A stretch of 64,000 nucleotides of DNA. Origin: a virus. The DNA lies in IMG/VR virus record IMGVR_UViG_3300046376_000226, positions 1 through 64,000 of that record; one strand, given 5' to 3'. This document shows positions 56,181-64,000 of this stretch, piece by piece. The notes beneath the pieces were generated by a model. That model ran no database searches. It had not been told where the DNA came from and was given only the letters and a program-made list of their open reading frames with translations. The translations under genes were made by a program, and so were the position numbers. Positions within the stretch are counted from its first letter, which is position 1. Every line of letters starts with the position of its first letter.

Positions 56181-57390
56181 TTAAAACCGCCTTTTCGGAC
56201 AGTGCTTTGATTTTGCGTTCCGCGTAAGAAAGGCATCGCAGGCCAGGTCGCCAATGGTCGAACCGGAACGGCTCGCACTGGGGCGAGAACACGCGCACCA
56301 CGTGAACCGCGCCGTCTAGGTACGAACCCATCTCTTTAACGAAGACCTCCGAGATGCCGTAGCCCCTGATTAGCTTAAGCAGGTAACGCAATTCGTTTTT
56401 AACATCCGGGAAAGAAACGGTGCGGTAATCAGACAGGGGTGATCCAACGGGCAGCTCCTGAAACAGCTCATGCAACTTGGCTTGATTCATGCGCTTCATT
56501 AACAAGAACTGCCGCCGGAACAAATCATCGCGCGCGCCTGATATGTAACAGCACCTCGCCTGGGCTGCCTCGGTGATAGCGCGGATAGCCGCTACCTCGG
56601 CGTTCAGGTGGGCGCCGTAGCCGCCGAATGTACCGGCACAGCGGCCGCTTAAGTCCAGGATAATGGCCGAAAATACCGGGATATTGTAATCGGTAGTGAT
56701 ATCGAAAAGGTGCAGGCGCAGATCGGCGGACTCGATCTTGCGAATACAGCTCTCTATCTTCTCTGATACGGTCCCTAGCGGGGTTCGGGTAAGGAGCATT
56801 CCGCTGTCCAGGAGGAACTGGTTCAGCGTCCAGGCATCCCGCTCGATTACTTCGTACAGACCGGCCAGGATTGCGTCTTGGACTGAGCCCCCGCTGGCTA
56901 ACCCATTAGAACCCATCTGAACATACATCAGGGCTTGACCTTTAATTCTGGTGACTAACCAGAGCAGGTCGCTCGGAACTAACTTAACTACGCCGTTCTG
57001 AATGTTAGTTGCTTCTTCCCAGGCGATCGGGGTCAGCTCACTTAAGACACTAGACCGGGTGGGGAAACAGTCCTCCAGTGCTAAGCGCTCTGCTTGGGGT
57101 AGTTCAGCGGCTCGAGCGATCCGGAAGGCGCCATAGGGATGTTCCCCTGCATGGAACTCGATTGCTTCCATGATCGCGCCGCACCGGGAATAAGCTGGGG
57201 CGAGTCCCTTGCCAGAGTGAATGGAGACGGTCTCCGAAAGCGCCCGCACGCAGCTATGGACCGGCAGACCCACCGCATCTAACCCGGTCAGATCCGCTAC
57301 CCTGGAAATGCCGAAGTCCTTAAGCAAGTCTGTGCGCGTTACCGCATTGACTGCCTGGGCGGTTGCTTCACGTAGTTCTTTGCGGGTCAT
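56173..57390 (-). CDS. ycaO: YcaO ATP-dependent backbone-activating enzyme (thioamide-forming type)
   Basis: GISRVADLTGLD..GLPV...SGKG...MEAIE...SNGLASG...GLYEVIERDA...GYGAH...RAITEAAQAR...ISGARDD; no C-terminal PxP motif; adjacent tfuA. Confidence 0.95.
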   Translation of the reverse strand: MTRKELREATAQAVNAVTRTDLLKDFGISRVADLTGLDAVGLPVHSCVRALSETVSIHSGKGLAPAYSRCGAIMEAIEFHAGEHPYGAFRIARAAELPQAERLALEDCFPTRSSVLSELTPIAWEEATNIQNGVVKLVPSDLLWLVTRIKGQALMYVQMGSNGLASGGSVQDAILAGLYEVIERDAWTLNQFLLDSGMLLTRTPLGTVSEKIESCIRKIESADLRLHLFDITTDYNIPVFSAIILDLSGRCAGTFGGYGAHLNAEVAAIRAITEAAQARCCYISGARDDLFRRQFLLMKRMNQAKLHELFQELPVGSPLSDYRTVSFPDVKNELRYLLKLIRGYGISEVFVKEMGSYLDGAVHVVRVFSPQCEPFRFDHWRPGLRCLSYAERKIKALSEKAVLNE

Positions 57391-58874
57391 ATGGTTGAGG
57401 CTCTGAAGAATTCAGCAATAAGGACTCGGTCATAGATGGCTCTGTCCATGGCCAGCCTGATAAGGCCGCACAAGCGTTCCGCTCGTGAGGAGCGCAATAT
57501 ATTGTCCGCTACCCAGCGTCCGAATTTCAGGTAGAGCGCCCTTAGTAGCCACGGGCAGCGCTTCGAGTAGAGCCAGCTTCGGAACATCACCCAGCGAGGG
57601 TTATCTGCTCCGTAGCACCTCCTAGCCACCCAGCAGCTTATGGCCGCCGCCGCTGCTGCTGCCGATGCGACGGCTCCTGCTGCTCCCACTCCCGCTGAGA
57701 CCATGCCCGCTTGCTGCTGGGCTGCTAACTGCTGTTGTTGCGCATTTATTTGGGCCTGATTAAATGCAATCCCATTCATGGTGGCGTAATTGGCTTGTTG
57801 AAAACTGTTATAGGCTCCGGCCTGCCCCAGTTCTGTTTGGGCCAGGTTGGTGCCCCCTAATCCGAATGGGCGCTTTTGAAATAGTTGACCGGCAGTCTGC
57901 ATGTTCAGCATGAGATTTTGGGCCTGCTGATTTTGCAGGTTGCCATAGATATTAGCCATCTGGGCGGTATCCATGGCCATCTGTTCGGTAGCTCCTTGGG
58001 CTTGCCCGTAGAGCTGGCCGCCTAAGCTTCCTACGTTTGCGCCTCCCTGGTAGAGCTGACCGGCTCCCTGGAGTTGCTGGCCGCCTAGACCGATGGTCTG
58101 GCCACCGGCCCCGATCGTTTGAGCGCCCAGACCCTGGAGCTGGCCTGCCTGGCCGAGCATAGAAGCGTACTGGTTAATGTCGCCCATCGCTTCACCCCGG
58201 CGCTGCATCCCGTACTGGATGGTGTTAAGGCCCAGCTGACGGGCAGCAGCAGCTTGCCCAGCCATGCCCTGGCCTAAGGATGCTGCTCCCAGTGCTCCGG
58301 CGCTCGAGCCCAGGCCCGCGAGCATCATCTGTTGCTGGACCTGGGGGTCCATGGGTTGCTGCAAGAGTTGTTGCCCTAATTGATAGGGGATCTGGGCGCT
58401 TCCGGCTAATTGCCCTCCTAGACCTGCGATTTGGCCGCCAAGCCCTGCCTGTTGCTGGCCCATACCGATCAGAGGCTGAGCGAGTCCGGCCTGGGTTGAT
58501 CCCAGGTTATACATAGGCTGAACGGCTTGATTCACTGTCTGGGCCGCGTTACGGATCCCCTGGATATCGGCGGTATTGGTGACTCCTTGGCGACCAGCGA
58601 TCGTGTTAGCCAGGCCCGACATGATAGCCTGCTGGCCAGCGGTGCCCGCACCAACCGCCCCAGTCTGCTGACCGAGATTGGACTGCCATTGGTTGTAGGC
58701 GTTCTGTAGTGCCGGATACCGGTTAGCAAAGTCTGCGTCACTTAACGCGTAAGAGGATATGTCACCCCCGATAGCCAGCTGGTTGAGCCCCATTCCCGAT
58801 TGATAATCAAAGCCCGGGGGCGCGCCTTGCGCTTTAAACTGAGTTGAACCGCCGCCGCCACCACCACCGCCCAT
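57387..58874 (-). CDS. Gly/Gln-rich DNA pilot/ejection-like protein with C-terminal CWVARRCYG (CFI-box-CTERM-like) domain
   Basis: MGGGGGGGGS start, GQ-rich heptads, poly-Ala then CWVARRCYG...WVMFRSWL...YLKFG. Confidence 0.7.
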   Translation of the reverse strand: MGGGGGGGGSTQFKAQGAPPGFDYQSGMGLNQLAIGGDISSYALSDADFANRYPALQNAYNQWQSNLGQQTGAVGAGTAGQQAIMSGLANTIAGRQGVTNTADIQGIRNAAQTVNQAVQPMYNLGSTQAGLAQPLIGMGQQQAGLGGQIAGLGGQLAGSAQIPYQLGQQLLQQPMDPQVQQQMMLAGLGSSAGALGAASLGQGMAGQAAAARQLGLNTIQYGMQRRGEAMGDINQYASMLGQAGQLQGLGAQTIGAGGQTIGLGGQQLQGAGQLYQGGANVGSLGGQLYGQAQGATEQMAMDTAQMANIYGNLQNQQAQNLMLNMQTAGQLFQKRPFGLGGTNLAQTELGQAGAYNSFQQANYATMNGIAFNQAQINAQQQQLAAQQQAGMVSAGVGAAGAVASAAAAAAAISCWVARRCYGADNPRWVMFRSWLYSKRCPWLLRALYLKFGRWVADNILRSSRAERLCGLIRLAMDRAIYDRVLIAEFFRASTI

Positions 58875-59311
58875 TAGTTTACCTCCTCGTCGTAGATGTA
58901 GGCGGTTTCAGGTGCTCGTTTGAGCCGGATCCGCCTCAGGTTTTTCGGGCCGAGCGCCTCGGCTTTTTCGCATAACAGGAACAAGGGGTTCCCCGTCATG
59001 CGCTTAAACTCGGTAATCAGACTCCGGGTTAATTTCAGGAAGACGCGCGGGCTCATCTTATCGGGATGAAGCGCCGGGTAGACTACCAGTTGCGGGATCG
59101 TATGAGCGTAGCCGCGCAGCTGGCCGTGATAAAACACGAGGTAGATCGGGAACATGCGCAACAGCTCTTTCCCGGTCAGCTCGCGCGCCATCTGGTCCAG
59201 GTTCCAGTGCTGCAAATCTTTCTCGTTTTCACAGCGAATCAGTGAAATACCGGCTTTATCAGAGTCTGGGGAGTTCATGTTAGTCTTCCGTCTGCTGTGA
59301 TGATGGCCCAT
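58874..59311 (-). CDS. Hypothetical protein (possible GNAT-like fold)
   Basis: Between tail and ejection genes; probable start at the internal MNSPD. Confidence 0.45.
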   Translation of the reverse strand: MGHHHSRRKTNMNSPDSDKAGISLIRCENEKDLQHWNLDQMARELTGKELLRMFPIYLVFYHGQLRGYAHTIPQLVVYPALHPDKMSPRVFLKLTRSLITEFKRMTGNPLFLLCEKAEALGPKNLRRIRLKRAPETAYIYDEEVN

Positions 59312-61407
59312 AACAAATCCCCTCTGGAGATGCCTGCCCCGAAGACAAGCACCACAGCGGTCCCGGCCGCGTTCACAAATCCTGAAAGAGTCACCTGGGT
59401 TTTTGAGTCAACGGTCGCGACGGTCGCCCCGGGCAGGATCCCTAGCCCGCTAACCGGCATCCCGGGCTTGATCTGGGTAGTGTCCGGAATGGCCGTAATC
59501 TTCTTGGTGCCGAAAGTGAGGCCGACCGCCAGAGCTGTCCCGGTAGCCGCGACTGAAATCGTGATGGTCTTATCCATCGAGAAAGTGAGCGCTACCCCGA
59601 TCGCTAGGCCGTGCGTAAAGCCGCTTAGAATCACAGAGTTTGCCCCTGTGTTAACCTGGACCACGGTGGTTCCCGCCCCGATCCCGTTGCCGACCGCCTC
59701 CATGCCGACCGTGATATTGGCAATATCCGCGCTCGGGATGTTACTGATCTTGGTACTCCCATCGATGGTGCCAGTGGTGTTAACGGTCACGCCGCCAGTC
59801 GGAGCGCTCGCGACCGTGGCTCCGACCGGGATCCCGGCCCCGGTGACCGGTGCTCCTACTACGATGCCGGAGCTAACGCCCTCAAGAGTGATCGTGACCG
59901 AGCCATTATTAATATCGCCCGTAGTGGTAATCAGGGAGGTGGTGCCACTGGTAGTCAGGACGGGCGGAAAATTAGTGAAGGTCAGCCCGACATTCGCCTG
60001 GCTGATGGTGGCAGCCGCCGAAATAGTCAGCGAAGTCGACGAGAGAATTTTAACGACCGTGGCCCCGGTCGGAATACCGTTCCCGCTTACCCCAGCACCG
60101 ACGTCGATCCCGGGGGTAGCCACCAGGGTAATAGTCGTAGTGCTATTTAAGGTGCCGCTGGTATTAATGACCGCGCCGCCGGAGTCGGTGATACCCCGTC
60201 TGCTCGCCGCTAAGTTCGGGATCAGGATATCAAAGTTGGTGAACATATCAGTCACCAACCCGGCCGCCTGGGTCTGGTAACTGTACGGAGTGACCACCGG
60301 ATGCAGGAGCGCCATCCGGCGAGGGAAAATAAAGGTGGCAGCCCAATTATTATCCTGGGAAGCGAAAAACTGGACCGGTGCGCCGAAAGTTGACGATTGA
60401 TAAGCGAAGGTCGTGAAATAGTAGCGAGTCAGGATCTCCAGATCGTCTGCGAACGCTGGGACCGAGAGATAGGTTGGGCTAAGGCTGGCTTCTAGCTTGA
60501 TCCCGGTGATCGCTAAAGCGTTCCCGGCGGTTGCCAGCAAGTTCAGGTTCTGGCTAGTGCCAGCGTTTAGGCCCCCTAGCCATTTATTAAGGTTGCCGCT
60601 GGTGATCCGGAAGTTGGCGCCGACCCCAAAAGGGAATCCTACGTAGAGCCCGGTTACTCCTTCGCCAAAGTGCCAGGTACCGCCGCTAGGGAAGGCGGGA
60701 ATAGCAGGGACCGTGATCCAGGTCCACTGATTGGCCGTTGTCAGGGTAAAAGCGGCGGTGTAACTCTCGTCGCGTCCGCTGCTAGCCAGGTAGACCGAAT
60801 AAGTGCCCGGGGTAGTGCCATAGGCCCAAAAAGATAAGGACATCTTCTGCCCCCGGAGAGCCACGATGTCTGAGCCTTCGAAGAGATGCTCGTGCGAGTA
60901 AAGATCGGTGGCTAGCAGAGTAGTTACCACCCCGGGTCCGACCGTATAATTGATGGCGGTAGGGATGTTATCATTGTTGGGGCCTGCCGCCGGACCGTTA
61001 ATCGAGGAGATAGCCAAAATGTTAACGAGATTGGCTTGAGCAAAGCTCATGTCGTAAGCGGGTCCCCCGCCGGCCGGCACAGCAATGGCGGCACCGGTCT
61101 GTTGCACCTGGTAAACGCAATTCTTGACGTAATTCTTGATGGTCTTAACCGGGAACATCTGCGGCTCGTATTCGCCGGTTGCGGTATTCCAGAAATACCA
61201 GACGCCATCCATGGCGATCGGGCCCTGGTCACTGGTGGGCAGGTCTGAACCCGGTGGCAAAATTAAGCCCAGCAAAAAGTTGCCCTCGATATAGCCGGTC
61301 ATGAGCTGGACGGCTTGCTGGAAAGTTTCGTCCATGTCGCCCTTGAACCCTTCCGGGAAAGGCGCAATCGCGATCGTAAGCGGGATCTGAATAGCGGGGG
61401 TAGGCAT
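59275..61407 (-). CDS. Tail fibre/spike protein with repeated beta modules
   Basis: Four repeats of the I.VG..V.G.GIP.GATV type; N-terminal carbohydrate-binding-like domain. Confidence 0.75.
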   Translation of the reverse strand: MPTPAIQIPLTIAIAPFPEGFKGDMDETFQQAVQLMTGYIEGNFLLGLILPPGSDLPTSDQGPIAMDGVWYFWNTATGEYEPQMFPVKTIKNYVKNCVYQVQQTGAAIAVPAGGGPAYDMSFAQANLVNILAISSINGPAAGPNNDNIPTAINYTVGPGVVTTLLATDLYSHEHLFEGSDIVALRGQKMSLSFWAYGTTPGTYSVYLASSGRDESYTAAFTLTTANQWTWITVPAIPAFPSGGTWHFGEGVTGLYVGFPFGVGANFRITSGNLNKWLGGLNAGTSQNLNLLATAGNALAITGIKLEASLSPTYLSVPAFADDLEILTRYYFTTFAYQSSTFGAPVQFFASQDNNWAATFIFPRRMALLHPVVTPYSYQTQAAGLVTDMFTNFDILIPNLAASRRGITDSGGAVINTSGTLNSTTTITLVATPGIDVGAGVSGNGIPTGATVVKILSSTSLTISAAATISQANVGLTFTNFPPVLTTSGTTSLITTTGDINNGSVTITLEGVSSGIVVGAPVTGAGIPVGATVASAPTGGVTVNTTGTIDGSTKISNIPSADIANITVGMEAVGNGIGAGTTVVQVNTGANSVILSGFTHGLAIGVALTFSMDKTITISVAATGTALAVGLTFGTKKITAIPDTTQIKPGMPVSGLGILPGATVATVDSKTQVTLSGFVNAAGTAVVLVFGAGISRGDLLWAIITADGRLT

Positions 61408-61603
61408 TTTTACCAGTGGTGCTCGGGCCGGGAGATAAGGAGGAGCTGCGGACCGAATGGGTTGGACTGGAAATTGGGCTGGGTGATTAGGACGTCATAG
61501 TTAAGCTCGCGCGAGCGGGTGTGATAAATCGGCGGCATCCCGGTCTGGAGGGTCAAATTGACCTGAGGGAATGGCGGGGTGGTTGTTGTGCTGGTGCTCA
61601 TAA

Positions 61604-62242
61604 TTAGCCACCTGAAATCAGTTCCACTGGGGCCGTGCCTGGGGCCCGGGTTTTAGTGAGCGCGAAAATCATCTGGTTCGAATTGGAGCCGCACACGAAC
61701 CTCGCCTGGAAATTGCCGAAATAGCCGGGGTTTAAGAGGTAAGCCTGGGCCTGATTAGCGTTGGTTAGCCAGTTCCAGGGCGACGGCGGCCCAGTGCTGA
61801 CGCCGCCAGCCGTTCGAATCGCTGAGATTATCAAGTCATCGCTGTAACCGGTTGGTAATACCGCAGTCAGCGACTGGGCCGCACCTGCCGGGGTAGTATT
61901 GGTTAAGGCTGACCCATCAAGGGTAAAATCGTAGCCTGTGATATCCAAGAGGCCGATCTGATAACCGCGCGCTAAATCGGTCGCGAAAGTGACCGTGCAA
62001 GCTCCGGCGGCTTTAGAGGTTGTGCCCCAGGCGGCCAGGCTCTTGCCCCCTGTAGCAATAGCGGCAATCGGCTGGTAAGTGTTGCCTAAAGTGTCAGTGC
62101 AACCCGTGGCTACCGTTGCGGTGGTAGCTGAAGTCAGAAATGCGATTAAAACATCGCCTTTACCCACCGGGCTCGTAAAAGCGTAAGGGGGAAATTGATT
62201 GCTGCTAAGGAGCGCACTGATCTGGCTTTGTGGGACTGGCAT
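61604..62242 (-). CDS. Putative tail/virion beta-sandwich protein
   Basis: GDVLIAF...TDTLGNTY motif; T/A/G-rich. Confidence 0.6.
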   Translation of the reverse strand: MPVPQSQISALLSSNQFPPYAFTSPVGKGDVLIAFLTSATTATVATGCTDTLGNTYQPIAAIATGGKSLAAWGTTSKAAGACTVTFATDLARGYQIGLLDITGYDFTLDGSALTNTTPAGAAQSLTAVLPTGYSDDLIISAIRTAGGVSTGPPSPWNWLTNANQAQAYLLNPGYFGNFQARFVCGSNSNQMIFALTKTRAPGTAPVELISGG

Positions 62243-64000
62243 TACGCGGTTGCCTCCACAACGATGTGCGGGGTGTTAGTCTCATCAGGCGTGCAGAAGC
62301 CTTGGGGGCTCTGGAGCTGGCGATCGTAAAAGAACTTTAGCGAGCGTATCCCCAGCCGACCCTGCCATTGGATCATGATCTGAAAGCCTTTATCGATCCC
62401 GTCCAGCCGCCCGATCTCGGTGCAAGCCGCTTCGTCCGGGCTTTCGTGGACTACGAATTCCTGGGTGCGCAAATGCCGGACTTGGCGCCGGTAATTCTCA
62501 AACTCGGTGGTCCTGCCCTGGGCAACGTAGTAAAGCTTAGTTAGAGCGTCCGGGTTGCCCCAGGGGCCGATATCGGCTCGTAACGTAGTGGAAAACAGGG
62601 GCTGATAATTCCCGCCTAGCCCGGTGACAAAGACCTGGATCGGGACGATTCCCTTCAGGTTCACCAGCATGATCTCAGCGAAAACGAACCGGTAATAATC
62701 GTCAGTGGCTAAGACAAATGCCCGGGTCTCAAAGGAGCAGGCAATCGAGGTCTCAACCTCTGAGATCTGGTTGGGCATGTAATTTTCGTACAGGTGGATA
62801 TAAGCCTGAGGCGGTAGATCAGTCTCTGGCTGGGGTGAGGGGCTTTCCCCATCCTGCAAAAGGAGATATCCGCTGCTGTAAGCCAGCTCGTAGTTATGCT
62901 GGGTGCCCTTGACGATAGGGGAGGTAAACTGGACCGGGTAAGAACCGACCCAGACGCCACTCCAACACATTCCGGCGGTGTTATTGAGTTTCTCAGCGAT
63001 CCCGGCATCCATGATCCAGGTATGCCGGTTAAGAGGATAGCTAGCGGGCCAGCCGACCATGAGCACATTTTCAAAGACCCCTAAACAGGCTCCGGTGATA
63101 TCGGCCGCCGCCAGATATTTAGAGCGCTGCATCTCTCCATCGGCAGTGAGAATCACTGTCGTCAGGTTCTGGGTCAGGGCCCGGTCAAAGGAGATCAGGC
63201 CCCGGGCCGTCAAAAACCAGATCATCCCGTGCAGATAGGCGATGCCCCAGGGCGCGATTAGTCCGATCTCCAGGTTCACATCGGTCTGGAAACCCTGGGT
63301 TGTCTGCCACTGGGTCCGGTCCTGGATATAGCTCTGGAGCGTGTGCATCGAGGACTCGGTAAAGACGATTACGCCCTGGAACGGAGCGCACCAGAGGTTT
63401 ACGACCGCTCGAGGGAACCGAAACCCGGTTTGTTCTGCGAGATAGGTTTCTTCCTGGAAAGATTGGGGATAGAGCAGGTCACTGGCAAAGACCAGGTTAC
63501 CGACTGCGACCCAGACACGGTTATCCTGCCAGACCATGGCGGTGCCGATCGGTATTGGTTTAACCGGGCTGCCGGTCACATAATTTTTATCGACAACCCC
63601 GCTGGAGAAATCGCTCGTATCCCAGTAGCAAGGGCTCGATACGCCGTCCTGCATGAGCACGATATTCTTTGGCTGGGGCAGGACCTTGATGAAATTATTG
63701 CTGTCGTATTCGATGGCCTGCTCGCCGTTGACGAACCAGATCCGGCGCGCATCGGAACGGAAAGTCACCCCATCTAGTTGGGTCCAATCGGTGAAAGGGT
63801 ACGGGGCCCAATAGATTTTGCCGTCGATAGCCACCATCTCGTAGTTGCGGTCATCGATAGTCCTGACCCAGAAATGTCCCTGGGCGTGACGGCCGCAGAA
63901 GCTTTTTACCCGGCGTTTAGCTGGCCGGGTCTGAGCCACGCCGCCCCGGTTAATGGTGTTGACGCCCCAGGCGTAAGTATTGGGCGCCAGATCGGTCGGG
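62242..64000 (-). CDS. Tail tubular B / stabilisation-like beta-propeller protein (partial, runs off the right edge)
   Basis: Frame stays open to the window end (PTDLAPNTYAWGVNTINRGGVAQTRP); WQDNRVWVA..NLVFASD, GLIAPWGI, IWFLTARGL patterns. Confidence 0.7.
   Translation of the reverse strand, partial: PTDLAPNTYAWGVNTINRGGVAQTRPAKRRVKSFCGRHAQGHFWVRTIDDRNYEMVAIDGKIYWAPYPFTDWTQLDGVTFRSDARRIWFVNGEQAIEYDSNNFIKVLPQPKNIVLMQDGVSSPCYWDTSDFSSGVVDKNYVTGSPVKPIPIGTAMVWQDNRVWVAVGNLVFASDLLYPQSFQEETYLAEQTGFRFPRAVVNLWCAPFQGVIVFTESSMHTLQSYIQDRTQWQTTQGFQTDVNLEIGLIAPWGIAYLHGMIWFLTARGLISFDRALTQNLTTVILTADGEMQRSKYLAAADITGACLGVFENVLMVGWPASYPLNRHTWIMDAGIAEKLNNTAGMCWSGVWVGSYPVQFTSPIVKGTQHNYELAYSSGYLLLQDGESPSPQPETDLPPQAYIHLYENYMPNQISEVETSIACSFETRAFVLATDDYYRFVFAEIMLVNLKGIVPIQVFVTGLGGNYQPLFSTTLRADIGPWGNPDALTKLYYVAQGRTTEFENYRRQVRHLRTQEFVVHESPDEAACTEIGRLDGIDKGFQIMIQWQGRLGIRSLKFFYDRQLQSPQGFCTPDETNTPHIVVEATA

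Noticed and set aside
59297-60280. 327-aa plus-strand ORF
   Set aside because: Antisense shadow of the repetitive tail fibre gene
1-64000. Alternative genetic code, prophage status or host assignment
   Set aside because: Long genes read cleanly in the standard code, no integrase or host flank is visible, and nothing in the sequence identifies the host reliably

Overview
This is a 64-kb slice of a tailed dsDNA bacteriophage genome, probably podovirus-like. No host housekeeping genes or integrase are visible, and most genes are on the minus strand. Layout: portal (partial) and terminase large subunit (1-5.3 kb); replication/recombination genes, including HNH and VRR-NUC nucleases, an SF2 helicase, Bet/RecT and a tRNA-Trp (5.8-16.9 kb); an early region of small ORFs driven by six copies of one promoter cassette (17-27 kb); a strand and GC-skew switch near 27-29 kb; accessory genes (29-38 kb); and a virion module with tail fibres, a glycoside hydrolase, very large ejection proteins and a tail tubular protein (38.9-64 kb). 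Two things stand out. (1) A nuclease-less IS110/Nop-domain gene (17145-17960) is directly abutted by about 60 units of a 36-nt dual-spacer array, AGCCA-N9-loop-N9-AGCG (17962-20170). This is the TIGR-Tas (TasA-type) RNA-guided architecture, and there is also an orphan, inverted 2-unit mini-array at 15093-15165. (2) A YcaO-TfuA thioamidation pair overlaps its neighbours inside the virion ejection-protein operon (54873-57390), suggesting phage-encoded backbone thioamidation of virion proteins. All protein calls come from motif recognition by eye; no database searches were run.
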